A stretch of DNA of 37,601 nt, taken from NCBI GenBank assembly GCA_043801585.1, contig JAZDLX010000193.1, positions 1 through 37,601 of the forward strand, read 5' to 3'. The stretch is from a bacterium (GTDB taxonomy: Bacteria; Electryoneota; Electryoneia; Electryoneales; Electryoneaceae). Position 1 is the stretch's first letter; every line of letters starts with the position of its first letter. A model generated the notes under the pieces. That model saw only the letters and a program-made list of their open reading frames with translations, searched no databases and was not told the origin of the DNA. A program made the position numbers and the translations under genes. Shown one piece after another: positions 17,642-26,020 of this stretch.

Positions 17642-18603
17642 GCAACCACCCGTGCACCCGGAGCGGGCAGGCAGGAGAACGTTTCACGGACTCCCGGTAT
17701 TTCAACCGCCAGTTTCGCCACCGTGTCGAGCGACGACTGTTGGGTAAGGAAAACCACATGAGGCCCGGCGTCCACGGTTGCCCAGACCGCCAGTCCCCCT
17801 TTTCTCCAGGAACGCACCTCGCGGAGCAGCGCCAGGCTCGTCCCGGTCCAGTAGAGCAGCGCGGGACGTGTCGAGAGCATCACCGAGTGCATCGCATACA
17901 TGTTCGCTTCCATGACGCTCCCGGCGATTTCCAGATCGAATTTCAGGCAGGCTTCCCGGATGCGATGAAAATCGTTCCGCGCGGCATCCACCCACGCAGC
18001 ATAGAAGGGGCTGGTTGTACGGCTGAGCTGCATCCCTTCGGTGGACCCGGTCTCCTTCGCCGAGGCATCCACCACGGCGACGACCATTCCCCACGGAACC
18101 TTATCGGGAGGCAACACCTGATCGGACGCGGGATCGTCTCCGGTAAGCAACTCGGACAATCCTCCCGTCACGCTTCGTGCCGCCGATGCGCTTCCACGGC
18201 GGGCGAGACGGCTGATCTCCACAGAGTCGAGGGGTCGTTCGGCGAGGGCAGCTAGCGCTGTCGCCAGCGCCGCAAAACCGCTGGAGCTGGAGGCGAGCCC
18301 CGCCGACGTGGGAAAGTGGTTGGTGGAATCCACCTGGAAGGAACCGTCGATCAGTCCGGCGCCGCGCCACAAATCCAGATATCCGCGAAGCCGTTCTGTA
18401 TCGAGTTCACTCGCGGGAGAACCGTTAAGCAGAATGCTGTCGGAGGGAGCGTCGATGCGGCGGACCGTGGTGTCCGTGGCAAGACGGTCCAGGGCAAGAG
18501 AAATAGAGGGGGTCGCAGGAACGTTATCCCCCGTTTCCCGCTTCCCCCAATACTTGGACAGGGCGATGTTGGCGTGCGCCCGAGCGCGGACTTCGTCCGC
18601 CAT
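17638..18603 (-). CDS. mvaD: Diphosphomevalonate decarboxylase
   Basis: ANIALSKYWGK, PTSAGLASSSSG, RRGSASAARS and TVDAGPHV. Confidence 0.93.
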   Translation of the reverse strand: MADEVRARAHANIALSKYWGKRETGDNVPATPSISLALDRLATDTTVRRIDAPSDSILLNGSPASELDTERLRGYLDLWRGAGLIDGSFQVDSTNHFPTSAGLASSSSGFAALATALAALAERPLDSVEISRLARRGSASAARSVTGGLSELLTGDDPASDQVLPPDKVPWGMVVAVVDASAKETGSTEGMQLSRTTSPFYAAWVDAARNDFHRIREACLKFDLEIAGSVMEANMYAMHSVMLSTRPALLYWTGTSLALLREVRSWRKGGLAVWATVDAGPHVVFLTQQSSLDTVAKLAVEIPGVRETFSCLPAPGARVVA

Positions 18604-18605
18604 GA

Positions 18606-20942
18606 TCAGGCCCTCACGGTAAAGGGATAGACCAGGGCAAATGCGCTCTCGAGCTGTTTCAACAGATCTGCCTGCTCCTCGGGCTGAACCAGTGCGATTA
18701 CCGCGCCGCCTCCCCCGCTGCCGGTAAGCTTGGCGCCAAGGACGCCCAGGTCGAGAAGGTACTCGATCGCTTCGTCGAGCGCGGGTGTGGACACACCGAG
18801 ACGTGACAGAAGCTGGTGGTTGCGGAACATCAGGCGGCCAACCTCGGCGGAATTGCCGGTGCCGAGAGCGATCGCCGCATCGGTGGTGATTTCACCGATC
18901 TCAGCTAGCAGACCATTGACCCGTTTGGGGTTCAGGTCGCGGCTCGCCTGAACTCGCCGGACCATGTCGATCGTTCGTGCACCCGGTTCGACGATGGCGA
19001 CGATGCCGGTCATCGGTTGGCTGAGGTGGATCGGAACGATTTCACGGGGCGGACCCTTGCGGAACCAGAGCACGCCATCGCTGATCACCGTGGCGGCATC
19101 CATCCCGCTCGGCGTACCGTGAAAAATCTTCTCAAGACGTTGGACATGTTCGAACAGGTCGCCGGCCATCGAGGGTGTACTGTTTCCATCCTTGAACCTG
19201 CGAAGCGCGATGCACAGCGCGGTGCTGAACGCGGCGGAACTGCCAAGGCCCATACCGGGGAGCAGCTCCGATTCGATCTGAACCGCGATCGGTTCACGCT
19301 GGATGCCGTAGATTTCGAGCGCCTCATCGACGGCCTTGCTGAACAGACGAATATCCTGGTCGGATTCGGGAACGTTGAACGCCTGTCGGAAATTCGGGCT
19401 GAGGAACCGCGGTCCATCCGGATCACGCTTGATCTGCACGGTCATGCCGATGTCGATGGCGGCGGTGATGCCCGGATAGTTGTATACTGTAGCGTGCTCA
19501 CCGAAGAGGATGACCTTGCCCGGCGCGAACGCCTCAGCGACCACCTCTCCAGCGACCTCACGGGACCGCTGCTGGCTCTCTTTCATCGTACGGAAGATCT
19601 CCTCGGCCACCGCAACCTTGACCTCACCTCGGCGGATCATCTCGGTGGCAACTTCCTCCACCTTCTCAGGCGGCACACCGACGCTGATCGCCACGCTCCG
19701 CGCGTGAAGCGCCATGTGGCCTTTCTGGATGCCGACGGTGGAAAGGGCAAGGCAGGCGGCAAAATTCTGCGCAAGGCCGACCGCCGCAAAAAGCCCGGCG
19801 ATGTCGCGCGAGGTATGCGCTCCCGTGATTTCACGGAGTAGCTGTACTCCAGGATGGCTGTTCACCGCACCGCCCACCGACCCCACCTGCATCGGCAGTT
19901 CAATGGATCCGCAGAAGGTTTCGCCCTCAACCCAGTAATCGGTCAGGCTTCGGTACTGGCCGTCCCGGCTGGCATAGGCATGTCCACCCGCTTCGATGGC
20001 ACGCCAGTCCTGTCCGAGCGCCAGCGCCGCTGCGCAAATACCGTTGAAAATGCCCTTGTTGTGCGTCGTCGCCCGGTAGGGATCGGCATAGGCGAAACGT
20101 CCCGCCTCGACGATGCGCTTCGCGACTTCCGCTCCGCTCATCGTGCTCGTCGCAAGGTATTCAAAGGGAAGACGGAACATCGCACGAGCGACCCGGCGGT
20201 CCGCCAGGTTGGACAGAATGCGGAGGTTCACCCGCCCGCCGGTGACATGTTCAACCACTGGTCCCGCCGCTTCGCAGGCGTAGTTGATCATGTTCGCGCC
20301 CATCGCCTCGCGAACGTCGATGATCAGGTGCACGATCAGCATCTTCCCGACATCGGGACCACCGTCAATGATGCGAGTCTCGACATCACGGACACCGCCG
20401 CCGCGTTGCACCATTCGGGGGTTGGCGATGTTCGCCTGTTCGATAATTTCCCCTTTGGCCGCGAGAACGGCACTGGACGCGGTTTCCGGGTCGGCAAGGT
20501 CGAGCACCTGGATCTGCCCGATCATCAGCGGTTCATCGACATCCGTGGTGAATCCGCCGCCCGAACGGATAATCAGTGCGGCCTTTGACGCCGCGGCGAT
20601 GATCGAGGCTTCCTCGATCGCCATCGGCACGAGGTATTCCCTGCCATCGACGAGGAAGTTCAGGGCGAGCCCGAGCGGCATCCCGTGCACGCCAATGGCA
20701 TTTTCCACCATGTTGACGGCATGTTCGATACGCAGCGCTTTTCCCTCGCGGAGCTGGGAGATCTCGTTTTCGGTGAATCCGAAGGTTCGCGCGAGAAACG
20801 CCAGCCGACGCTCCACCGGCAACCGATAGAAACCGGGAATACGGGAACTGACATGGAGATTTACCGGTTCACGAGTCGACGCATCCATCTCCTGCGCAGG
20901 CTGAGACACTTTCCACCTCTGCCTGCCGAGCTTGCCGTTCAC
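18606..20942 (-). CDS. Fusion of class II HMG-CoA reductase (N-terminal) and mevalonate kinase (C-terminal), about 778 aa
   Basis: HMGR motifs ENAIG, EAMGANM, HNKG, GQDWRA and GIQKGHMALH run in the same frame into the MVK motifs PGKVILFGEH, PGMGLGSSAA, HGTPSGMD and KLTGSGGGG. The likely GTG start at 20942 overlaps the fni stop. Confidence 0.9.
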   Translation of the reverse strand: MNGKLGRQRWKVSQPAQEMDASTREPVNLHVSSRIPGFYRLPVERRLAFLARTFGFTENEISQLREGKALRIEHAVNMVENAIGVHGMPLGLALNFLVDGREYLVPMAIEEASIIAAASKAALIIRSGGGFTTDVDEPLMIGQIQVLDLADPETASSAVLAAKGEIIEQANIANPRMVQRGGGVRDVETRIIDGGPDVGKMLIVHLIIDVREAMGANMINYACEAAGPVVEHVTGGRVNLRILSNLADRRVARAMFRLPFEYLATSTMSGAEVAKRIVEAGRFAYADPYRATTHNKGIFNGICAAALALGQDWRAIEAGGHAYASRDGQYRSLTDYWVEGETFCGSIELPMQVGSVGGAVNSHPGVQLLREITGAHTSRDIAGLFAAVGLAQNFAACLALSTVGIQKGHMALHARSVAISVGVPPEKVEEVATEMIRRGEVKVAVAEEIFRTMKESQQRSREVAGEVVAEAFAPGKVILFGEHATVYNYPGITAAIDIGMTVQIKRDPDGPRFLSPNFRQAFNVPESDQDIRLFSKAVDEALEIYGIQREPIAVQIESELLPGMGLGSSAAFSTALCIALRRFKDGNSTPSMAGDLFEHVQRLEKIFHGTPSGMDAATVISDGVLWFRKGPPREIVPIHLSQPMTGIVAIVEPGARTIDMVRRVQASRDLNPKRVNGLLAEIGEITTDAAIALGTGNSAEVGRLMFRNHQLLSRLGVSTPALDEAIEYLLDLGVLGAKLTGSGGGGAVIALVQPEEQADLLKQLESAFALVYPFTVRA

Positions 20943-22036
20943 GGATTGTTCCTTTCCATCCAACCGTGGGCGGCCAGCCAGGCAGCCAGCCGTCCATCGA
21001 TCACCTTCGGCGCCGTTCGTAGTTGTCCGGGTTTCAAACAACCTGTCAGCACCATCGAGGTCGTTAATTCGTTCAACACTGCTCGCAGAAAACGCTCCGC
21101 TCCCTTTTCCCCATCCGTGAGAAAGGGCAGCAGCACCATCCGCGCTACGCCAACGATGGACGCACCAAGCGCCAGCGCTCGAGCGGCATCCAGACCATTG
21201 CGGATACCCCCCGAAGCGATCACAACCGTTTCGTCCGCCAGGATGCGCCGGGCGGCAACAATACTGAACGCCGTTGGCACACCCCAATCCGCGAGCACCT
21301 CACCGGTTCGGCGCAGCTCTCCGTTGACTTTCCGGTGGCTTTCCACCTTCGTCCACGAGGTTCCGCCCGAGCCGGAAACATCTATGTAAGGTACCCCCGC
21401 CTGACGCAGTTTCTCCAGAGCTCCAGGTGACAATCCAGCCCCTGTCTCTTTGACCAGAACCCGTCCTTCAAGAGCGTCCAGCAACCGTTTCAGGGCATCA
21501 AGGATACCCGCAAACTCCCTGTTTCCATCGTATTGGACCAGTTCCTGCGCGGCGTTCAGATGAACGCAAAGACCATCCGCATCAATCGACCTGACCAGAT
21601 CTGCAACTTTATCCGTCGGTACTTCCAGAAGCTGGACCGCACCGATATTCCCAAGCAGGACGCCATCCGGACCGATCTGTTCGCGCACCGTGAAATCCGC
21701 TACGGTTTCGGGGTGCTCGAACATCACCCGCTGGCTGCCCAGGGCGAAGGCGATCCCGATCCGGCCACAGACCGATGCGAGTCCGTGATTCAGTTTGCCG
21801 GCCAACTCCACACCACCGGTCATGCTGGTGACCATCAACGGTGCGGAAAGGGTCTTGCCGAAAAACGGCGTCGCCAGGTCAACGTCAGCAACGTCAACCT
21901 CTGGAATCGCATCATGCAGCAGATGGACATCCTCGAGGAGAGTAGTGCCGCCGTGCGCGACATCGCTGCCCGCCACGATCCGAAGATGCTCACTCTTTCG
22001 CCGTAGAATCCCGGAATCGGTCACTCTATCACCCAA
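20939..22036 (-). CDS. fni: Type 2 (FMN-dependent) isopentenyl-diphosphate isomerase
   Basis: RKSEHL, SMTGG, GSQR, GNIGAVQ, HLNAAQE, KETGAG, GGTSW and SGGIRNG. Confidence 0.95.
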   Translation of the reverse strand: MGDRVTDSGILRRKSEHLRIVAGSDVAHGGTTLLEDVHLLHDAIPEVDVADVDLATPFFGKTLSAPLMVTSMTGGVELAGKLNHGLASVCGRIGIAFALGSQRVMFEHPETVADFTVREQIGPDGVLLGNIGAVQLLEVPTDKVADLVRSIDADGLCVHLNAAQELVQYDGNREFAGILDALKRLLDALEGRVLVKETGAGLSPGALEKLRQAGVPYIDVSGSGGTSWTKVESHRKVNGELRRTGEVLADWGVPTAFSIVAARRILADETVVIASGGIRNGLDAARALALGASIVGVARMVLLPFLTDGEKGAERFLRAVLNELTTSMVLTGCLKPGQLRTAPKVIDGRLAAWLAAHGWMERNNP

Positions 22037-22195
22037 GGAGCTTTAAATATCAACAACTTCGCTCTTTTCACCGAGCAGGAAACCTACACTCGCGAACCGT
22101 CGAGGCGCAATGACGAATTCTTGTTCAAGAGACAAACACCCCAAGGTACCGCCAGTTCTGAAACCCGGTTCTGAATGGTCGGGACCGGGCTTTCA

Positions 22196-22247
22196 GGGAC
22201 AGTATACACACAATCTCGACCCTTCAGGATTGTGTGTATACTGTCCC
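22196..22247. repeat. 20-bp perfect inverted repeat with GGGACAG termini
   Basis: GGGACAGTATACACACAATC, 12 nt, GATTGTGTGTATACTGTCCC. Confidence 0.85.
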
Positions 22248-22309
22248 ACTCTGTACTTCGGTTCGCCACCGCGAAAATAATCCGGCGGAATCCTTGTGTC
22301 GGATCACTG

Positions 22310-22464
22310 CTTTCCGCCAGTGGGCGGAAAGGCGCTCAAAACCCGGCATAGCGAAAAACACCTTTGGAGATTACCGCGCCATGCCGACGCTTCGGCATGG
22401 CTGGTAATGACAAAACAGGCGTCATCACCAGCCCTCCGGCGTTAGCGCAGGGCGCGGTGATCCC
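22310..22464. repeat. Cluster of palindromic repeats: free TCCGCC cap plus a GATTAC...AATGAC / GTCATC...GTGATC doublet
   Basis: CTTTCCGCC-AGTG-GGCGGAAAG (22310-22331). GAGATTACCGCGCC-[ATGCCGACGCTTCGGCAT]-GGCTGGTAATGAC (22367-22411) is inverted relative to GTCATCACCAGCCC...GGGCGCGGTGATCCC (22421-22464). Confidence 0.7.
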
Positions 22465-22517
22465 CAATTGATTTTCCCTAGTTATGGCGTTTCATCAGCG
22501 CTTGCACGTCCACCCAT

Positions 22518-22546
22518 AAAAAAAGCGGCCGGGTCACCCCGACCGC
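22518..22546 (-). terminator. Intrinsic terminator downstream of 22650-23069
   Basis: The minus strand reads GCGGTCGGG-GTGA-CCCGGCCGC-TTTTTTT. Confidence 0.7.
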
Positions 22547-22649
22547 ATCATGTTCAATCCAGTTGTGCCACCATTCAACGACGTTTGCCCAAAATGAACC
22601 GAGCCTGCCCTTTTCAAAAGGATCTGTACCGTCGCCGTGACGTACCTCT

Positions 22650-23069
22650 TTACCGAAACAGCGCCTTCACACCACCCCAGGTCTGTTGAATGCCTGAAAG
22701 CGTGACATAAACCGTACGCACAGGGGAGTACTCGACCTTGCCACTCTCGCTCATGACAGCGCGGACCCTGTAGGTATAAGCCCTCGCCGTTTGTTTAAAG
22801 ATGTAGGGATCCGTGTACTCATAGCTGCGGGCACCCTGTACGGGAATCGGCTGAGTGTTGTTCAACACCTGAAATGAGACTCCATCCGTGGACCGTTCGA
22901 CGAGAAATCCGGTGCACCCGGTTTCATCCAGAGTCGTCCACTGAACAACGACCTGGCCGCCGGTTTCGCGAACGTTCATGTCGTTGAAAACGGAACCCGC
23001 AAAAGCGCCGACCGCAAGCATCGCCGCAATCAGGACAGAGAATACACTCGTTTGAAGGATTCGCTTCAT
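22650..23069 (-). CDS. Secreted beta-rich (Ig/FnIII-like) protein with C-terminal TWGGVKALFR motif
   Basis: Signal peptide (MKRILQTSVFSVLIAAMLAVGAFA) and the FnIII-like pattern VVQWTT..E...GFLVERSTDG..F...YEYTD...YTYRVRAV. Confidence 0.8.
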   Translation of the reverse strand: MKRILQTSVFSVLIAAMLAVGAFAGSVFNDMNVRETGGQVVVQWTTLDETGCTGFLVERSTDGVSFQVLNNTQPIPVQGARSYEYTDPYIFKQTARAYTYRVRAVMSESGKVEYSPVRTVYVTLSGIQQTWGGVKALFR

Positions 23070-23168
23070 CACTGCATAAAGTAATCGTTTCAAATCCCGA
23101 GGAGCAACTCAACTCCGCCCAACCGGAGATATTCTTTCGAAAAAGCGAGGCTCGGAACCATCGCCGCC

Positions 23169-23197
23169 TTGTCCCCGGGGGACCTCCGTATTACATT
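23169..23197 (+). promoter_or_regulatory. Putative sigma70 promoter
   Basis: TTGTCC, 17 nt, TACATT upstream of the TPR gene. Confidence 0.4.
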
Positions 23198-23254
23198 CAC
23201 CGTCCTAAACCGGGGGGCAGGCTCCCGGCCCCATTCATTTGTGAAGTGAATCCG

Positions 23255-23938
23255 ATGGCTCGTGAACAGAAACGCTTGACTCGTAAAGAGTTGAAAGAAG
23301 ATCCTTTGATGACGGCGCTGTCAGAGGCCCAACAATGGTTCGATCTGCACGGAACAAAACTGATAATCGGCGCCATCATTGTCGCTGTTGCCATCTTCGG
23401 CTCGATCTTCTATGGAAGAATCCGGGCGTCCGCTGAACAGGAAGGCGCAGCCTCCCTGATGGACGTTGGGACGAAAGCCCAAGATCAGTCAACTCAAACA
23501 CTTGTCGCCCCGTTAATGGAAGTCGCCGACAACTACAAAGGCACCCAGGCCGGTGCGGACGCCGTGTTTGCACTCGCCCAACTGGCGATTCAGGAGAACG
23601 ACTGGGAAAAGGCCCTGGACTATTTCGAGCGTTTCGAGAATGAATACGGCGACCTCTATCTTTCAGGTTCCGCTGCCTTGATGGGGCATGCAACAACCCT
23701 TGAAAACCTGGGACGGAGAGATGAGGCGGCGGTGCTCTATGACAAGGTTGCATCTCGCAAGGACGCTCACTTCGCCAGCGAGTTCGCTCTCCTGAGCGCT
23801 GCACGCTGCTGGGCCATGTCAGGCGACACCGCCGCGGCCCGCGACCGCAACAACCGGGTGATCGCGATGAAGTTGGCGTCGGAAGAGGCTCAAACTCGGG
23901 CAAAACTGAATCTCGCCGTGCTCGACGCTGCTCAATAG
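23255..23938 (+). CDS. Membrane-anchored tetratricopeptide-repeat protein (YfgM-like)
   Basis: KRLTRKELKEDPL N-terminus, a single TM segment (LIIGAIIVAVAIFGSIFY) and TPR-like helices. Confidence 0.8.
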   Translation: MAREQKRLTRKELKEDPLMTALSEAQQWFDLHGTKLIIGAIIVAVAIFGSIFYGRIRASAEQEGAASLMDVGTKAQDQSTQTLVAPLMEVADNYKGTQAGADAVFALAQLAIQENDWEKALDYFERFENEYGDLYLSGSAALMGHATTLENLGRRDEAAVLYDKVASRKDAHFASEFALLSAARCWAMSGDTAAARDRNNRVIAMKLASEEAQTRAKLNLAVLDAAQ

Positions 23939-23952
23939 CGGCGAGGTCCCGC

Positions 23953-23981
23953 TTGACGTGATGGGAGCGGAAGAGTATATT
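23953..23981 (+). promoter_or_regulatory. sigma70 promoter of the rimP-nusA-infB operon
   Basis: TTGACG, 17 nt, TATATT. Confidence 0.75.
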
Positions 23982-23991
23982 CTGCGGACTT

Positions 23992-24022
23992 AAAGGAGTG
24001 GGCCTGAGCCCACTCTTTGTTT
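23992..24022 (+). promoter_or_regulatory. rimP leader hairpin (attenuator-like)
   Basis: GAGTGGGC-CTGA-GCCCACTC followed by TTTGTTT, between the promoter and rimP. Leader hairpins of this kind are known upstream of rimP. Confidence 0.65.
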
Positions 24023-24040
24023 TGAAGGGGAATCCTCACC

Positions 24041-24493
24041 GTGTTGACACCCGAAGCTATCGGGGACTCCTTCCGCGAACTCCTGACCGGCACGGACTTC
24101 GAACTGATCAGCGTTCAGTTGCATCCGCAGCCGGGACGGTTGAAGTTCGCCGTGGTCCTCGATCATCGCAAACGTGGCATCACGATCGCAGAAATCGAGC
24201 AGTGGTCGCGACGTTTTGAGGAGGAGCTGGACCGCGACGGGGAGGTCCCGAGACAATATGCCCTGGATGTATCGTCCCCCGGGCTGACACTACCGCTCAC
24301 GGAGACGTGGCAATTTGTCAAGAACGTCGGACGTGAGTTCAATGTCGAACTGCACCCGGACGAAGAGCATCCCAGGGGAGAATCGTTCAAGGCGAAGCTT
24401 GAAGCTGCCACGGACGACACATTGACCTTTGAGGGCGAACGCACTGTCCAACGGGAACAGGTGCGTCTCGCGAAAGTTGCACTGCCCTGGTAG
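24041..24493 (+). CDS. rimP: Ribosome maturation factor RimP
   Basis: GITIAEIEQWSR...LD...YALDVSSPGL, located directly before nusA. Confidence 0.88.
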   Translation: MLTPEAIGDSFRELLTGTDFELISVQLHPQPGRLKFAVVLDHRKRGITIAEIEQWSRRFEEELDRDGEVPRQYALDVSSPGLTLPLTETWQFVKNVGREFNVELHPDEEHPRGESFKAKLEAATDDTLTFEGERTVQREQVRLAKVALPW

Positions 24494-24511
24494 GGCAAGC
24501 TGGGAGAACTG

Positions 24512-25972
24512 ATGAATCAGGCTGTTGTTGACGCCATCTCGTCGATCATTCGTGAGAAGAACATCGATCGGGAGACGTTCGCCGAGATTATCGAGCAGGT
24601 CTTTCTCAAGGCCATCGAGAAGCGGTACGGTATCGCTGACAATTTCTCGGTGATTTTCAACATGGAAAAAGGGGATATCGAGATCTACGCCGAAAAGACC
24701 GTCGTTGCCGACGGCGAGATGGAAGAGGAGGCGAGCCAGATCGAGATTACCCGCGCCCGGGCAATCGACCCGGATCTCGAAGTGGGCGATGAATTCGTCG
24801 AAGTGATCGACTACAACAGCTTCGGCCGTCGCTTGATCCTGTCCGCAAAACAGAACCTGATCCAAAAGATCAAGGAAATCGAGAAAAAGAACCTGTACGA
24901 AGAATTCAACCGCCGCAAGGGTGAAATCATCATCGGCGACATCCACCAGATCAACAAGTACGAGCTGCGAATCAACGTGGACAAGACCGAAGTGGTGATG
25001 CCGGCCAACGAACAGATCTACAACGAACGGTACCGTCGCGGACAGTCGATCAAGGCGATCATCGTCGATGTCCGTGAAACCAACCGTGAGCCGGAGATCA
25101 TCGTTTCTCGCAAGAGCGAACTATTCGTCCGGCACCTGTTTGAGCTCGAGGTCCCTGAAATCTTCGACAGCATCGTCGAGATCAAGAACATCGCACGCGA
25201 GGCCGGAGATCGGACGAAAATCGCGGTTGTCAGCAACGACCGCCGCGTTGACCCGGTCGGAGCCTGTGTCGGCATGAAGGGCGTTCGCATCCAGGCGATT
25301 GTCCGTGAACTGAACAACGAAAAGATCGACATCATCCACTGGACCAACGACCGCGAACTGATGGTCCGCCGGTCGCTCGCTCCTGTGATTCCGATCGAGA
25401 TCGTTTTCCACGATCCCGAATCGAAGGTGACAGTCGTTGTCCCGGACGATCAGATGTCGATGGCGATCGGACGGCGGGGTCAGAACATCCGTCTGGCAAG
25501 TGCCATCACCAGCTTTGAAATCAGGCCCGTCAAGGAAAGTGAATATTATATTGAGGAGCTTCCGCTCTCCGATGTGTCCGAGTTGACTCCAGGACAACAT
25601 GAGAAGCTGACGGCAGCAGGGTACACAACGGCTGAACAGGTTCTCGATGCTGGAGCCGAAGCGCTGTTGCAGATTGACGGATTCGGCAAGAAGAACGTGG
25701 AGACCATACTCTCGGTCCTCAGCAGTTATTTTGAGGAGGAAGAGGAGACGGCGGCGCCTGTTAAGCATGGGGTGGCGATACCCCTCGGACCGGCGATCAG
25801 CCGTGACGACGTCGAAGACCATGACGATGAAGGTCCGGAAATTGTTGAAGTAGAGGCTTTTGAAGTTCCAACAGTCCCCGTTCCCGATGAGGAGGACGAG
25901 AAGGAAACAGCCAAAGCTGCCGACTCCACTCGCACGGAAGACGAGGATGAACCAAAGGATCAAGCGCAGTAA
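24512..25972 (+). CDS. nusA: Transcription termination/antitermination factor NusA
   Basis: FGRR, S1 domain, LFELEVPEI, REAGDRTKIAV, DPVGACVGMKGVRI and AIGRRGQNIRLA. Confidence 0.97.
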   Translation: MNQAVVDAISSIIREKNIDRETFAEIIEQVFLKAIEKRYGIADNFSVIFNMEKGDIEIYAEKTVVADGEMEEEASQIEITRARAIDPDLEVGDEFVEVIDYNSFGRRLILSAKQNLIQKIKEIEKKNLYEEFNRRKGEIIIGDIHQINKYELRINVDKTEVVMPANEQIYNERYRRGQSIKAIIVDVRETNREPEIIVSRKSELFVRHLFELEVPEIFDSIVEIKNIAREAGDRTKIAVVSNDRRVDPVGACVGMKGVRIQAIVRELNNEKIDIIHWTNDRELMVRRSLAPVIPIEIVFHDPESKVTVVVPDDQMSMAIGRRGQNIRLASAITSFEIRPVKESEYYIEELPLSDVSELTPGQHEKLTAAGYTTAEQVLDAGAEALLQIDGFGKKNVETILSVLSSYFEEEEETAAPVKHGVAIPLGPAISRDDVEDHDDEGPEIVEVEAFEVPTVPVPDEEDEKETAKAADSTRTEDEDEPKDQAQ

Positions 25973-26020
25973 TGCGCACCCTGCCACGGATGGCATGGAT
26001 TGTTAACTGAGAGGCATTAC

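Noticed and set aside
20943..21287. 115-aa N-terminal extension of the 893-aa HMGR-MVK ORF
   Set aside because: It overlaps fni in another frame and has no protein-like features. An in-frame GTG at 20942 overlapping the fni stop is the more plausible start.
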